Of a DNA stretch of 64,000 nt, positions 45,032-57,258 are shown piece by piece. The number at the start of each line of letters is the position of its first letter. Within the stretch, counting starts at the first letter, position 1. The stretch comes from a virus: IMG/VR virus record IMGVR_UViG_3300022602_003048, positions 29,538-93,537 of that record; one strand, 5' to 3'. A program made the translations under genes and the position numbers. Under the pieces are notes generated by a model. That model was not told the DNA's origin. It searched no databases and worked only from the letters and a program-made list of their open reading frames with translations.

Positions 45032-48000
45032 TTAGTGCTTACCTACCAGTACCTCAATGACTCCGATCTTATCTGAATCGTAATCTTCTAGTGCCTTACC
45101 GATTATGCTGCCCAACACTGGATTTTCATCTGCACTAGCTACACCAGCAAACAGACCAACTGTTAGGATGTCGCCCTTTGAGATCTTACCGATGACTTTG
45201 CAAGGAACGCGGCCTGTCAGCGCCACTACTACTGGATGCTCTGCGACTAACTTGCTGTTCATCAAGTGTGCTGGATTGGTCGAAACTACCCCTGCTACTT
45301 TGGTTGTCCTTAGTCCCTTAGCTATAGTGACTTCAAACTCGCCACCGATCATTACCACTGTTCCTGGCTCATAATCCTTATCACCTGCATACATCTCTGC
45401 CAAGTCAGCGTAGTCTGCTGATGTAGCAGTACCATAGACAGTTCCCCATGATAAGCTATTACTGCCTAGGTTATAAGTAGCATTAGCTAATGGTAATATG
45501 TTTTGTGTATTTAAATCACCACCGTTTATGTCAATATGGTTAGCACGCAGCATCACGTGATTATTGGTATTGAATCCTATAGCAAAAACCCTATTATCGC
45601 TGACTCCGTATGACCAAGTAGTGTTATTTGTTGTGTTAGTCCAAGTTAGTAGTTCGGCACTATCTACCGTGCTAGGATTAGCAGCAAAATTAGTAGTGAA
45701 ACTCAAACCTGGATTAGTAGTTCCGCTGCTGATGCTCAGTGAACTGAGTGTTGGGATATCACTAGCTGAGATAGTGCCCCAGATTGGCGCAGCACCATTG
45801 GTTCCATCCCCCGTCTGTACTAAGAATTTCTTAGTAGTAGTAGTGTTTGGCGATAAAAGTGTAGTCGTGTTGGCATTGCTCTGATATGGGATGCTACCTA
45901 ACTGTGTAGTGTTGTTTCCACCGACTAGATTGTTTACAGCAGGAATGTCAGCAGCTACTAATGCACGGAACGCTGCTGTGGTAGGAGTACCACTCGCTGC
46001 TCCAGCATAAACTTGATTGTTGGCCACCGTACCTGCGATTCCGGTTGCTGTGCCATTCAGCGTAGCTGTTATGGTTCCTGCGCTAAAGTTACCACTGCTA
46101 TCTCTCGACACTATGGTGCTTGCTGTATTGGTGCTACCAAAAGCTACACCCGACGGAGCTGCTGAGACTGATCCGTTATTGCCTAGCACTAGCCCAGTAC
46201 CGAGATTTTGCAGATTGCTGAACTGTATGCCGCCCGCAGCTATCTGTACTAACCCACTGGTGACTGTGAAGTTTGTTGGATCATATATGCTGAGTCCTTT
46301 GCTAGGTGTGCTTCCTGGAGCAGCATTGGCAGTCATAACAGTTGATGCGACGGTCTGGCTAGCACTCACTGTATAGGTACCAGCAGCGCCAGAACCTGAA
46401 CCTAACGCTGTGATGATAGTGCCTGCAGTAATACCAGTACCTAGCAGCGTCTGTCCGACAGCTATAGTACCTACTGGTGCCGGTGATGCTGCAACAGTTA
46501 GCGTAGTCCCAGATATAGCACCGGTGAAGTATACAGCAGTACCAAAAGAATACATTATAGTTGCGGAACTGACTGTTTGAGATATGCTTATGGTGTATGT
46601 ACCAGCACCACCGGTTCCTGATCCTAGCGAGGTTACCACAGTACCTGGAGCAACACCTGATCCTGTTATAACCTGTCCCACAGTGATAGTTCCGACAGGT
46701 GCCGGAGTAGTCAGGCTACCAGCAGTACCTGTAGCCACTGTTAGGGTAGTACCAGATATAGTACCCGTGAAATATATGCCCGTAGTGGCGTCGTTTATGG
46801 AAAGCTTTGACTGAGATATAGCAGCAGATGGGCTAACCATGCTGTTTGTTATCCTGCTAGGACCTATCGAGCTGGTTGCGGCAAATGCGGTAGCTGAACC
46901 AGTATAACTAACTGTGAATGCACTAGTAACATCACCAGTCTGGCTAGCACTCACCCATTTGGATCCTAGATAACCTAGTATGTTGTTGGTAGCAGTCGTG
47001 CCCGAATTTACGTCGTTGAGTGTAGACAGGCTAGTGTGTGCATCTACGTAGCTCTTAGTAGCAGCATCTGTTGAAGTGGTTGGAGTAGGTAATCCTGTAA
47101 TAGGATTACCATTCATGCCTATCGAGCTTGGTATGACCGCAGTGCCTATCTGTGAAGTTCCTGCTCCTGCAGCTATGTCTGAACCTGCATTAGCATAAGT
47201 GAACGTGTTAGCAGTGACCGGAGTGACTGCTACACTAGTAACCATGCCCATGATCCCTGTCGCAGTGGTTAGGGTTACATTAGCTCCCCCTGATGTGAGG
47301 CTTACAGTGATAGTACCACCAGTCGTGCCGCTCACTGCTGTAACATAGTATGTCACACCCGCTGTTATACCACCAAATGTGGTTCCTGAGAATACCACGG
47401 CATTGCCTACGGCAGTACCTACGGTAGTAGAAACTGTTATAGTATTTGCAGTAGCAGTAGTAGCAGTAGCGTTGGTAGTTCCTGTGTTGAATCCTGTAGT
47501 TGATATGCCTGATATAGTCACTAACGCATTCAACGCTAACGCATGTGGTTTTTCTGTGGTCACAGTAGCCACACCAGAAGCCCTGGCTATATTCATTATA
47601 GCTATGCTAGTAGTGCTGCTCATCGTGAACATATCCATAGTGCGTGCATATCCATAAGCGTTCACACGTCGAATATCGTTGTCTACATAGTTCTTGGTAG
47701 CAGCATCGGAAGAGATAGTTGGATCTGCTAGATTGTTGATCTTGAAACTGCCCATGTTCATCGCAGCAGTCGCAGCCAACGACCCGTTCCTTGGCATGAA
47801 TCCTGGACCTATAGCTGTAACTGTTGATGTGCTGCTGCTTGGATCTATCCCTAATCTATTGTTGATGTATCCTATAACAGCTGTCTGCACAGGAACTGCC
47901 TGTGAACTGTTTTCTAGCATCTGTGGATCAGTGCTGAATTCGTTTACCGCAACACCCTTGCTGAAACCCAAACCTGATATATTAGAAAGAGATATTGAAG

Positions 48001-51000
48001 AACTTAAAGTTACTATTCCAGTTCCCTGCTGTACGGAAAAATACTTGCCAACACTGAAGTTACCATCTTGGTCAGTTATGGTATAGTATACACGACCCTT
48101 ACCTATTTCTCTCACTTGGTTAGCAGAAGTAGGTGCGTTTACGGGTGGTCCATATATGTCATTAGGTATGTTAGAATCGGCATAACTGCCAGTACCGATG
48201 TTTACGAGATCTGTGTTGGTAGCTCTTAGCACTGATATCTGATAGTTTATCTGTGCGCTAGCACCTGCTTGGAATCCGGCATATAGAGTAGGAGCGACAT
48301 TGTTATAGCTTACGTTGTAGAGAGTAGCAGTTAGCGCAGGTGTTACTGTTATGGTGCTCCATGGGTTTCCGCCTGATGGTGCAGCATATGTGGATACAGT
48401 GTGCAGCGATGTACCCCAGGCAAACTGTAATCCAACCAATGATGAGCTGCCGCCCACTATCCTTATGGTAGTGTCGCCTGATTGTCCCGTGCCCGTCGCG
48501 CTACCTGCGGTAGGATCGACTGTTATAGTAACGTAGCTGTAGGGAGCAGAAGTTGTTAGTATCGAATCTCCAGAAACGATTCCGTTTAAACCTGTTCCAT
48601 TATTGCGTCCTATAACGCTATAGACGTTGCTGTCTCCTGAGAATTGCAGTGCGCTAGTCGGTCTAGTAGTAGTGACTACGCTCACTCCAGTGAATTCAAA
48701 ATTTTCTAAGCTCTGTACTATTATGCTAGTTGTATTTGGAACTGTCGCAAGCAGGCCGTTTCCGTTACTTCCGGGTAATAGTCCGGTAGTGCTTAGATTT
48801 AGTGCATAGACATACTGCTGGAAAGTAGGATTGCCGGCGTAGTTTGCGGTCAGTGTTGAGCTCAGTGTTATAGTAGACGCGACAGAGTTTATGCTAGTGA
48901 TAACAGCAGCAGTAGTCGGTGTACCGGATACGCTCATACCTATCATCAATCCAGTAGTAGTCGCTACACTCAAGACATTTGATCCTGAGGTTCCCGAAAC
49001 GTGTATGCTGGTTATAGCAGTACCGCCAGCGGTTGCTGTCTTTGTGGCACTGTTCACAGTGTAGTTGGTTACAGTAGAAGTTCCAGTAGGAGTGTTAGCA
49101 TGTACTATCTGTATGTTGCTAACATTGAATATAGGTCTGTTCACATTATTCACATATAGAGTGAAGCTACCTGCTGCGTTTGTATAAGTGCCATTAGTAA
49201 ATGCGTTTACTACCTGGAAGAGCGGATATGTTAGTGTTACTGTGTTAGGAACTTCTATCGGGCTCGAACCTTCGGAACTTAGTGCATAAACACCATAGGC
49301 ACACGAGCTATTTAAGCTGCGTATCTGTGCGCCATTTATGGCATAATATGCCCTGTAAGCATAATAGGCAAACAAGCTAACAGCTTCGATCACAGCACCA
49401 TTAGTACCAACGACACCATAGCCCATATCATTTATCTGTGTGAAATCGCTAGCCAAGCATGATCTATTGCCTGCTGTCTGTAGTTCTATAGCTGTTGATG
49501 GAGTTAGTACGTTAGAACCTGATCCAGTATATGACTGTGAATCTGGAGTGTTTAGGTTTAAGTTTAGCGTAGCAGTGCCACCTGTGCTGCCATTCCATGC
49601 GACATAGTTGCTGACAAAATCGACCTCAAATCTAATGCCGCTAGCGATAAACGAGAAAGGAATCTGTGGTGCCCGAACGTTCAATCCGCTCACGTTGATC
49701 GTATATTGGTCAGTCCTTGTGGCTATAGTTGCCTGCAGGTTGCCAGTGAACGCATCGATATACATCCCTCCTGAGAATACCTGTGCATTTATGCTCCTAG
49801 AAAAGGAAGAAGCTTGCTGTATGTAAGGTGACTTAGTGAGTATCTGTCCAATAGGATCTAGGACGATCATGAATCCACCGTGTCCTTGGGCACTCAGCTG
49901 AACTATCCTATTAGCATCATTCAGCATGAACACATCCATGTCTTCGTTATTTTTTGGAGGATTGAATGATGAATCTTGATTTATCACATCATTGATGAGT
50001 TGGAATAGATTCTGCGAAGCAGTGATAGATGCATATTCTGGAGTGGTTATCGTGTAAGTGAATGCAGCACCCGTAGTGGTACCATTCAATACATTATAAG
50101 TGAAGGTAGCACCAGTCACCGATCCTGTGCTGATGTTTAATGGACTATTGCCAGCTACTGCATTAGCATAGCTGGCATATAAAGAAGCTGAAGTTGAAGT
50201 CGTTGAGCCTAGATAATAAGTTTGGCCACTAGCGATAGTGATACCATTGATAGTCATCGAACCTGTGACAGTACCACCTATAGTGACAGATGTTCCTGCA
50301 GGTAGGGCCAATCCCGTCGATGAGAAACTTATAGTAGTTGGCGACCCATAAGTGACCGCTGAAATGGTTCCGGAAGTGCTGCCTATAGCTAGTGGGCTCA
50401 CAGAATTTATAGCGTTAGAATAGCTAGAATAGAGCGTAGCGGTAGTTGCAGTAATCGGATAACCGATATAGTATGTTTGGTTCGCAGCGATAGCTACTCC
50501 GCCTATAGTCATGCTACCTGTTATGCTTGATCCACTTATTGTGATACTAGTTCCTGCAGGCAGCGCCGAAATAGTAGTCGAGAAACCTATACTGTTTGTT
50601 GAATTGTAGGCTACTGATGATAGCGTACCGTTAAAAAATAGCTGTTGCACTGCGCTCTGATATAGCTGTGCAGGTGCTGATCCATTCAGCACAGAAGACA
50701 CGAGAGATCCTATCCTAGTGATAGTAGCTACTGTCTGTGCTAGATGACCTTCGTTAGCCAGCAGCGTATTACCAGAGGTAGTGAAAAAATACTTAGAAGC
50801 AGGATGCAGTGTCTTGTAGTAGCTACCATATAATAGATCATAACCTATGTAATCTATTATCAACCCCACATCCGATGCAAATGTTGTGGTATTATATGGA
50901 TAAGAACCTACCATTGATCCTGTAGCATTAGCTAAAGCAAAAGCAGCTCCTCCTGACGTAGTCGACACAGTGAAGTGCGTAGAATCTACGATGGTCTTCA

Positions 51001-52927
51001 CGTAATAGGTGGTACCAGCGACTATGTTTCCAAAAGTAGTTCCAGTGAAAACGATAGGCATGTTAGCATTTAGATATGTGGTACTGCTAGTAGTTAGATA
51101 ACCAGTTGCTGATGCTGATGCAGTCACCGTTACGGGATACACTGAAGCGATATAAGCCATTATCTCAGCGATAATAAACGATCTATTTGAGTTTAGTACC
51201 CTTTGTGCATTGTAGAAAGAACCTAGATTGGAAACAGTCTTGCTATACATGCTCTTGGTAGGATCTGTTAGATAATGATATCCGAATAGGCTGCTGCTGT
51301 TTGCAGCTAGATTTGCCTTGCCATAGTTGCTGCTTTTAGTGAGTCCATCTATTAGATAATCTCTCCTGAAGAAAGTATTGCCCCATAAGCTTGCGCTCCT
51401 CCCTAATCTCGGCCTAACGATTACACGCCTAGTATCATCGCCTGACAATGTCACATTATTTGGCACACGTAATGGGTAACTTTCGTAGTACTCGCCGCTC
51501 TCTATCCTCACAGTAACCTGTGCAGTAGGCACAGGTTGACCATATTGCAGTGTCTCACCTGCTTGGAAATTGGTCGTAGATAGGTAAGATACCTGATAGG
51601 TTTCAGTATTAGATACGGAATTTATAGTGCCTATATAATCTATAACAGCTAATGCACCGCTAGTAGTACCTAATAATAGCAGTCCTGCACGTACATCAAA
51701 GTTAGCAGTCGCACCTGAACCGCTAACTTTCCTCATGTCAGTTCCGGCACCACCGTTAGTGATAGTCAAGGTAAACTGTGTTCCACTGTTTACACCATAT
51801 ATCGTAGCGCCAGAAAGAGCAGTAGTAGGAGCTTGGCTTACAACAAATGTAACACCGTCCAGGTTTATAGCAGTTACTACAGTATTTGCAGCAAACGCTC
51901 CGGTGCCTGATGCTACATACACAACCATGCCGGTAACTAACCCGATTGTGCTTGATACGGTTATAGTAGTGCCCGAACCACTACCGCTTGTTAGATTAGC
52001 ATAATAGTTAGCTGGAACTGTTGACACGACAGATGATAGAGAAGCTCCTCCTCCGTAGTAGACCGGCTTCTGGTATATTCCGAGCTCTTGTGTTGATGCT
52101 GTTATGATCCTAGCAGCAGCCTGTAAAGCTGCTCCTATGGTCATGTAGGCATAGGCAGGCGCCCTACCTTTCTTGTATTCTGGTATATTGTAATTGAAAT
52201 CGTTTCCGCTAGTTGCACTAACGAATAGATTTACCTTGCTGTAGTTAGTGTTTATATCAACATAATTTTTAGTAGCAGCAGTCGAAGGTAAACTAGTATC
52301 TGTTGGATCAGATGCCAGTATGAGAGAACCAATCATGGTATCTCCTGATTTACCTATCACTTCTTGTTTTTGGGGTACCTGTGTACCACTGGCGCCTGCA
52401 GGAACGCTTAGTGGTCCGTTCATAACGTCACCGCTCATGTTCACGTAGGTATCATCGGCGTAACCTTTGTTTACAGCCAATGATCTAACGTTCACAGCAG
52501 GATTGGCAACTAGGAAGGCAGTAGCATTAGTACCACCGGGTGAGTCTATGTCAGATATAGCATATCCGTTACCATCTAGATTATTTCCAAGCTTTGGGTG
52601 TATGTCAGATACTAAACTAGAACCAGTAGATATCAGTGTTATCTTGTTAGGATCGGTATTATCTATCTGTATACCAGTACCTGCTGTTAGGACCTTTGAT
52701 AGTATAGTGGTGCCCGCATCATTGACGATGAACATAGAATCAGATACTAGATGTCCGTCCCTAGCCTTGTCGTATTCGTTTAATGAAGTGAAAGATATAC
52801 CATCTCCCTGACCGAGGGTAGAATAGAGCTCATTGAAATTTTCATTTGTTTTGTTGAACGCATCTCTTATAGCATCGCCGGTAGCATCATTGCCTTCGAC
52901 CCCAATATTGATTATCTGTCTTACCAT
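45032..52927 (-). CDS. very long tail fibre/virion protein with C-terminal chaperone-like domain
   Basis: 2631 aa; N-terminal [20 protein letters not shown]; DAATK.YVD repeats; C-terminal [23 protein letters not shown]. Confidence 0.85.
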   Translation of the reverse strand: MVRQIINIGVEGNDATGDAIRDAFNKTNENFNELYSTLGQGDGISFTSLNEYDKARDGHLVSDSMFIVNDAGTTILSKVLTAGTGIQIDNTDPNKITLISTGSSLVSDIHPKLGNNLDGNGYAISDIDSPGGTNATAFLVANPAVNVRSLAVNKGYADDTYVNMSGDVMNGPLSVPAGASGTQVPQKQEVIGKSGDTMIGSLILASDPTDTSLPSTAATKNYVDINTNYSKVNLFVSATSGNDFNYNIPEYKKGRAPAYAYMTIGAALQAAARIITASTQELGIYQKPVYYGGGASLSSVVSTVPANYYANLTSGSGSGTTITVSSTIGLVTGMVVYVASGTGAFAANTVVTAINLDGVTFVVSQAPTTALSGATIYGVNSGTQFTLTITNGGAGTDMRKVSGSGATANFDVRAGLLLLGTTSGALAVIDYIGTINSVSNTETYQVSYLSTTNFQAGETLQYGQPVPTAQVTVRIESGEYYESYPLRVPNNVTLSGDDTRRVIVRPRLGRSASLWGNTFFRRDYLIDGLTKSSNYGKANLAANSSSLFGYHYLTDPTKSMYSKTVSNLGSFYNAQRVLNSNRSFIIAEIMAYIASVYPVTVTASASATGYLTTSSTTYLNANMPIVFTGTTFGNIVAGTTYYVKTIVDSTHFTVSTTSGGAAFALANATGSMVGSYPYNTTTFASDVGLIIDYIGYDLLYGSYYKTLHPASKYFFTTSGNTLLANEGHLAQTVATITRIGSLVSSVLNGSAPAQLYQSAVQQLFFNGTLSSVAYNSTNSIGFSTTISALPAGTSITISGSSITGSMTIGGVAIAANQTYYIGYPITATTATLYSSYSNAINSVSPLAIGSTSGTISAVTYGSPTTISFSSTGLALPAGTSVTIGGTVTGSMTINGITIASGQTYYLGSTTSTSASLYASYANAVAGNSPLNISTGSVTGATFTYNVLNGTTTGAAFTYTITTPEYASITASQNLFQLINDVINQDSSFNPPKNNEDMDVFMLNDANRIVQLSAQGHGGFMIVLDPIGQILTKSPYIQQASSFSRSINAQVFSGGMYIDAFTGNLQATIATRTDQYTINVSGLNVRAPQIPFSFIASGIRFEVDFVSNYVAWNGSTGGTATLNLNLNTPDSQSYTGSGSNVLTPSTAIELQTAGNRSCLASDFTQINDMGYGVVGTNGAVIEAVSLFAYYAYRAYYAINGAQIRSLNSSCAYGVYALSSEGSSPIEVPNTVTLTYPLFQVVNAFTNGTYTNAAGSFTLYVNNVNRPIFNVSNIQIVHANTPTGTSTVTNYTVNSATKTATAGGTAITSIHVSGTSGSNVLSVATTTGLMIGMSVSGTPTTAAVITSINSVASTITLSSTLTANYAGNPTFQQYVYALNLSTTGLLPGSNGNGLLATVPNTTSIIVQSLENFEFTGVSVVTTTRPTSALQFSGDSNVYSVIGRNNGTGLNGIVSGDSILTTSAPYSYVTITVDPTAGSATGTGQSGDTTIRIVGGSSSLVGLQFAWGTSLHTVSTYAAPSGGNPWSTITVTPALTATLYNVSYNNVAPTLYAGFQAGASAQINYQISVLRATNTDLVNIGTGSYADSNIPNDIYGPPVNAPTSANQVREIGKGRVYYTITDQDGNFSVGKYFSVQQGTGIVTLSSSISLSNISGLGFSKGVAVNEFSTDPQMLENSSQAVPVQTAVIGYINNRLGIDPSSSTSTVTAIGPGFMPRNGSLAATAAMNMGSFKINNLADPTISSDAATKNYVDNDIRRVNAYGYARTMDMFTMSSTTSIAIMNIARASGVATVTTEKPHALALNALVTISGISTTGFNTGTTNATATTATANTITVSTTVGTAVGNAVVFSGTTFGGITAGVTYYVTAVSGTTGGTITVSLTSGGANVTLTTATGIMGMVTSVAVTPVTANTFTYANAGSDIAAGAGTSQIGTAVIPSSIGMNGNPITGLPTPTTSTDAATKSYVDAHTSLSTLNDVNSGTTATNNILGYLGSKWVSASQTGDVTSAFTVSYTGSATAFAATSSIGPSRITNSMVSPSAAISQSKLSINDATTGIYFTGTISGTTLTVATGTAGSLTTPAPVGTITVGQVITGSGVAPGTVVTSLGSGTGGAGTYTISISQTVSSATIMYSFGTAVYFTGAISGTTLTVAASPAPVGTIAVGQTLLGTGITAGTIITALGSGSGAAGTYTVSASQTVASTVMTANAAPGSTPSKGLSIYDPTNFTVTSGLVQIAAGGIQFSNLQNLGTGLVLGNNGSVSAAPSGVAFGSTNTASTIVSRDSSGNFSAGTITATLNGTATGIAGTVANNQVYAGAASGTPTTAAFRALVAADIPAVNNLVGGNNTTQLGSIPYQSNANTTTLLSPNTTTTKKFLVQTGDGTNGAAPIWGTISASDIPTLSSLSISSGTTNPGLSFTTNFAANPSTVDSAELLTWTNTTNNTTWSYGVSDNRVFAIGFNTNNHVMLRANHIDINGGDLNTQNILPLANATYNLGSNSLSWGTVYGTATSADYADLAEMYAGDKDYEPGTVVMIGGEFEVTIAKGLRTTKVAGVVSTNPAHLMNSKLVAEHPVVVALTGRVPCKVIGKISKGDILTVGLFAGVASADENPVLGSIIGKALEDYDSDKIGVIEVLVGKH

Positions 52928-52939
52928 CTTGTCTCCACC

Positions 52940-53281
52940 TTATACAGCAATGCTAGTACCGCAACCACAGCTGCTTTTAGCCATCGGATTGTTCACAACC
53001 AACTGGCTACTAATAAAATCGTTTTTGTAATCTATAACGCTGCCTAAAATGTACATCTGGCTGACACCGTCTACTATGAGTGTCTTCCCTTCACCTAAAG
53101 AAATCATCTCATCGATATCAGGAGACCCCTTTTTGGAATAAAGATCGTCATCAGCAGGTTCCCAGAAATACTCAAATCCTGCGCAACCTCCGCCTTTTAA
53201 TCCAAACACTAGATAGGGTTTATCCATCTTTTTTAAGGTGTCTCTTATATGCGTCCTGGCAGATTCTGTTATAGTGATCAT
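52940..53281 (-). CDS. iscA: HesB/IscA Fe-S cluster assembly protein
   Basis: MITITESA, GGGCAGFEY, NPMAKSSCGCGTS; start re-assigned; TAAATA at 53304-53309. Confidence 0.9.
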   Translation of the reverse strand: MITITESARTHIRDTLKKMDKPYLVFGLKGGGCAGFEYFWEPADDDLYSKKGSPDIDEMISLGEGKTLIVDGVSQMYILGSVIDYKNDFISSQLVVNNPMAKSSCGCGTSIAV

Positions 53282-53388
53282 GTTGTTTTTCATCTCTTTA
53301 TGATATTTATTCAATGCAATAATAAAGAATTTTTTTGGCCTACCATATTTATCACTAAATATTTTCACCTAAATAAAGGAGAAAATTT

Positions 53389-53697
53389 ATGGAAGCTCTA
53401 GTCGGAGTTATTCTTGTAGCAATAGTTGTCTACGCCGGGTATAAATTATTAGCAAAGAAGGAAGAAGCTCTTCCTGAAACAGTCGCTGAAGCTAAAGCAG
53501 CAGAAGCCAAGGTAGAAACTGTTGCAGCAGTTGCAGAAATCAAGGCATCGGCTGAAGTTGCAGCACCGGTTGAAATTACAGCGCCAGCAAAGAAGGTACG
53601 CACTGCGAAACCAAAGGCTGAAAAGGCAAAGCCAGCATCGAAGGCAAAGCCAGAAACTGTTGCTAAGAAAGCCGGTCGTCCTAAGAAGACTGCTTGA
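53389..53697 (+). CDS. membrane-anchored Ala/Lys-rich (histone H1-like) protein
   Basis: N-terminal TM helix, AKPKAEKAKP repeats, GRPKK end; SD AAGGAG. Confidence 0.7.
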   Translation: MEALVGVILVAIVVYAGYKLLAKKEEALPETVAEAKAAEAKVETVAAVAEIKASAEVAAPVEITAPAKKVRTAKPKAEKAKPASKAKPETVAKKAGRPKKTA

Positions 53698-54694
53698 TAA
53701 ATTCAGAATAAAGTCGGAGGCTAGCTAGATTCTTAGCCTTTGATTCGCACATGATATCAAAATCATCGAGAAACCCTAGGGCCCACTGATTAGCTGCTGC
53801 ATTCCAGTAGTAGTTAGAATGGGCCCTAAGTTTTTGTTTCTTGTAGCCCTGTTCTAATAGCAGTTGCATATCTGGAGCAGTAGTCAATGAGTGCCCATCC
53901 AAGTCAGTCTCACGAGAGACAGAATAATGTAGAGTAGGCCGAACACCGCGCCAGCTATCCAAAACCCTTCTCGTGCGGTCATCTTTGTGTTGAATGTATT
54001 CCCCTGTCTTGATCCAATGATGGTGGATATCAAGAACGATAGGAACGACATCACTAATAGCGAGACAATCATCAAGTCCATGTGTATTTTCCTCGTTTTC
54101 GATCGTTATGGTATTGCGGGCCTCGGGACTCAATCGGCCTAATACCTTGCGTATACCTTCGTGACCTTGCCTGCCGGCGATATGCACATTACATTTAAAA
54201 TCTTGGAATTTCTGGCCATAGCCCATCCAACGTATCATATCTACATGATATTCAAACTCTTCTATTGAGCGTTCAACAACATCTTCTCGATCACTTGCAA
54301 GAACAGTAAATTGGCCAGGATGAAAAGACAGACGTACATCATTGTGTCTGCTGATTTCTCCAATCCGTTTAAATCCTCGCTCTGCATATGTTTTAACGTC
54401 TGTTCTATGCCAAAAGTAATTCCAATTAGATTCTGTATAAACAGGAAGAATATCGCTACCAAGGCGAACCATACGAAGGGATTCATCTAACGCTCCTACA
54501 CGCTGCACCAATCTATTTACTGCTTCTATGTTATGGGTCATTAGGTCCCATAACTTCTGTTCTGCTACTTCTCGTTTTTGGCGGTTGAGCCAAGCAACAG
54601 TCGTAGTCTTGCAATTTAGTTCTGGATCAGCAGCAATACCCTTAGGAGTATCGTCAGACCATTTACAAGCGAAACCTATGCGTTTAATTGTCAT
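53681..54694 (-). CDS. uvsE: UV damage endonuclease UvdE/UvsE
   Basis: RIGFACK, RLGSDILP, RLSFHPGQF, IENEE, LDIHHHW, HYS, AHS, DIMCESK.KN. Confidence 0.92.
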   Translation of the reverse strand: MTIKRIGFACKWSDDTPKGIAADPELNCKTTTVAWLNRQKREVAEQKLWDLMTHNIEAVNRLVQRVGALDESLRMVRLGSDILPVYTESNWNYFWHRTDVKTYAERGFKRIGEISRHNDVRLSFHPGQFTVLASDREDVVERSIEEFEYHVDMIRWMGYGQKFQDFKCNVHIAGRQGHEGIRKVLGRLSPEARNTITIENEENTHGLDDCLAISDVVPIVLDIHHHWIKTGEYIQHKDDRTRRVLDSWRGVRPTLHYSVSRETDLDGHSLTTAPDMQLLLEQGYKKQKLRAHSNYYWNAAANQWALGFLDDFDIMCESKAKNLASLRLYSEFIKQSS

Positions 54695-55142
54695 AGTTTA
54701 TAATAACATGTTTAGATTGTTTGTCAAGCTGAGGATATCCTAAATAACGACGCAGTTCCTTGTCCTGCGGTTCGAATCTCTCTCCTTTGAAGAAGATGCG
54801 ATAGCTTTCGCTGCCATATCGACCGATGCCATAGAGTTTAGAGGCATCGTCAAAATCCCACCAAACTAGGAAGTCAGCAGTCATCCTACGCAGGCGATTC
54901 TCCCTCACATTCCCCATACCAAGAGGCCAGATGATTTCTTTAACCTCTTCAGGAGTGCTATCCCAAAATGCCGTAGGGTTGGGCCACTTGTGTAGGAATA
55001 TAGGAAGCACTGTTTTAACAGGCTTGCGCCCAGTTTGGTTGAGCATGATGACAGCGACCATATGTTGCCAGATACGATCTGCCCTATCCTCGGCAGGCAG
55101 CTGTTCTTGGACCATCAGGTTGTCGAGTAAAGGCTCAATCAA
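54684..55142 (-). CDS. MBD4-like HhH DNA glycosylase
   Basis: W...VAVIMLNQT, LYGIGRYGSESYRIF, PQDKEL (catalytic Asp position). Confidence 0.82.
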   Translation of the reverse strand: MIEPLLDNLMVQEQLPAEDRADRIWQHMVAVIMLNQTGRKPVKTVLPIFLHKWPNPTAFWDSTPEEVKEIIWPLGMGNVRENRLRRMTADFLVWWDFDDASKLYGIGRYGSESYRIFFKGERFEPQDKELRRYLGYPQLDKQSKHVIINYDN

Positions 55143-55374
55143 GTGTGCGACCCTCCGCTGCTAGACGTAGCAATATCTTATAATTGTCCCAAGCTTTCTT
55201 CACTGCTGGATTGTTCATGCGTACCCAATTTTCCCGTTCAGTCATCGCACGATATTCGCCTGGATCTCGGTAGTATTCTTGAATTTTGAATCCGTCTTCG
55301 GGATCAAATTGATATGTCTTATCAGCAGACAAGTTAGCCTGTTCAGTAAGTTGTTTTATCTTCTGTTCGTTCAT
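55135..55374 (-). CDS. hypothetical protein
   Basis: 79 aa; NPAVKKAWDNYK..L.L motif. Confidence 0.6.
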   Translation of the reverse strand: MNEQKIKQLTEQANLSADKTYQFDPEDGFKIQEYYRDPGEYRAMTERENWVRMNNPAVKKAWDNYKILLRLAAEGRTLD

Positions 55375-56231
55375 AGGTAATAATATTCCTTGTTGGCTGG
55401 GTCTTTCAATCTACTATGTAGTTTGTATTCTGATATGTTTAATTCTAACATAGCCTGTTTAAGAGTGTCAAATGTTCTGGACTCGGCAACAATCTTTCTT
55501 GCCCTACCATTTTCACTACCAGCACATTTGCCTTTTCTGCCACGACTACTATTCTCAAACACTGCTTTACGCTTTTCTTCTGTCCAGTTTGCTCTTGTTT
55601 CTAGAGCCTTCAGTCTTGCTAATGCTTCTGTTTCGGGGTCACGATTCTCTACCCCTTTACGGGCTACTTCTTTCCTGCGTTCAGAACCCATACGCTCTTT
55701 ACCTAAACGGGCACTACGCTTTCTATCTTCTGGGTCACGAGCCTTTACACCCTCTACCATCTTGGGTATATTGTTTCGCAACTTCTCTTTTAATTGCCGA
55801 CCCTCTTCGGTCTGATACCATTCTTTAGTTTTGCTATGGACATTATCTAATAATGCTTTCTTTTCTTCTTCTGTCCTATTTGCCCAGACTTGTTTGATTT
55901 GATTACTAAATTCCTGACGGCGTTCTTCTGTCCAACCCGCTTTAGTATCTCCACCTATTACATCTTTGGCTACATTATAGAAGTTATCTGAATAGTAAGC
56001 ATTGACTTTATCTAAATGGAACTTTTCACGCTCTAATAGATACTTTCTATCTTCAACTTCAACATACTCAAGAATGGTTCGTGTAAAGTTTTCTATCCCG
56101 TGCTTCTTTATAGCTCTTTGAAAAACTTTACCAGACCCGATATAGCCATCTTCTGTTGTTCCGGCGTGTGAACCAATATACTTTTTACCGTTAAGCATAT
56201 TGGTCCATTCGTAAATAAATCCATAATACAT
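55371..56231 (-). mobile_element. free-standing GIY-YIG homing endonuclease (Seg-like)
   Basis: GFIYEWTN..NGKKYIGSH...DGYIGSG, NF.R.ILE, FYN; basic helical tail; own TAAATA at 56257-56262. Confidence 0.85.
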
Positions 56232-56269
56232 AGTTCGTCCTTTGCTACTAACTATGTATTTATGCAAAC

Positions 56270-56776
56270 TTACTCAAAACCTTCAAATAAGTCCTCGTTC
56301 CATTCACGATGACCTTCTCTAAATGCCATATTTGACTGGGTTTCACGGACTTCGACTCTATAGCACCAAAGTCTCTGTGCTTCACCGGGCCCCCACATAT
56401 CTGGAATATAGACAGCATTTACATATTTGTAAAGCATATCGCTTAATCCCTCGCAACCTAATTTAGGCAGGATAGTGAGTTTAGCCATCTTCTTTTCTTG
56501 TAGAAGTTTGTATGTTTCAAGTTCCGGGTCATCAGAACTGACCAGAAGGGTATGGTCAAATTTGTCTTCCAGCTGTGCCTTTAGTTCTTTCAGACCGCCG
56601 TAATCAGCAGCCCAATTGCGCACGTCTAAATCATTGGTGCCAAAGTAAAACTTCATGCTAAATGAATAACCATGGATTAGATTGCAGTGGCTATCTGCTC
56701 TCCACTGGCGGTAAGCGCAAGGGAAGGCGTCGTGGTATTCTTTAGTGCTGGTATATTTGTAAACGATCGGTGTCAT
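56270..56776 (-). CDS. queD: 6-carboxy-tetrahydropterin synthase
   Basis: CAYRQWRADSHCNLIHGY, DYGGLK, FDHT, GCE, VEVRET..N. Confidence 0.88.
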   Translation of the reverse strand: MTPIVYKYTSTKEYHDAFPCAYRQWRADSHCNLIHGYSFSMKFYFGTNDLDVRNWAADYGGLKELKAQLEDKFDHTLLVSSDDPELETYKLLQEKKMAKLTILPKLGCEGLSDMLYKYVNAVYIPDMWGPGEAQRLWCYRVEVRETQSNMAFREGHREWNEDLFEGFE

Positions 56777-56850
56777 GCTTTCACTCCTATGTCAATATAG
56801 CATAGGCTGCAGAATTTCTAAAGCGGGATGAAGCCCGGAGTGCCGCTGTA
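56777..56850 (-). ncRNA. candidate cis-regulatory RNA (riboswitch-like) in the queD leader
   Basis: AGCGG/CCGCT stem; loop CACTCC complementary to SD-containing GGAGTG; CCTATG/CATAGG hairpin; alternative CGGG/CCCG stem. Confidence 0.55.
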
Positions 56851-56862
56851 ATTATTTAACAA

Positions 56863-56891
56863 GTATAACAAAGTTGACACAGGAAATCAAC
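56863..56891 (-). promoter_or_regulatory. sigma70-type promoter of queD
   Basis: TTGATT-N17-TATACT with extended -10 TG. Confidence 0.65.
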
Positions 56892-57231
56892 CTTCTTTTC
56901 TTATGTCGTTTATCTCTCGATGCATTATCTTGATCTCAGCGATAACTTCCTTTAGATTATACTGAGACCTGTCCAATATGGTAGCGATAGTAGCGATAGT
57001 GTATATGATCCATAACCACCACACGACTCCGAACACTAAGAAGAACACTATTATGCCATCTACGATGAGATTCCAATCTCGTTCTCCGGTCATATAGAGA
57101 GCAAGCACGGAAAGCACCAGAACAAAGGGTATGATCTTGGCGAATCTATCCCAGATGATAGCTTGCCAAACTATGAGTTTTGGCGCCGATGCGGAGAAAA
57201 AACTCCTCATTTTTTTGATTGAACGTCTCAT
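56887..57231 (-). CDS. two-TM membrane protein
   Basis: Two hydrophobic helices plus coiled tail; TATAAATA 5 nt before ATG. Confidence 0.65.
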   Translation of the reverse strand: MRRSIKKMRSFFSASAPKLIVWQAIIWDRFAKIIPFVLVLSVLALYMTGERDWNLIVDGIIVFFLVFGVVWWLWIIYTIATIATILDRSQYNLKEVIAEIKIMHREINDIRKEG

Positions 57232-57258
57232 GCAATTATTTATAAGCCTATAAATGTC

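Noticed and set aside
23523-52811. Many plus-strand ORFs of 60-150 aa rich in Val/Pro/Leu opposite the fibre genes
   Set aside because: Antisense shadows of Gly/Thr/Ser/Asn-rich coding sequence, without SD or promoter support
56887-57231. Holin call for the two-TM late protein
   Set aside because: Topology fits, but no endolysin or spanin is nearby and no family motif was recognised
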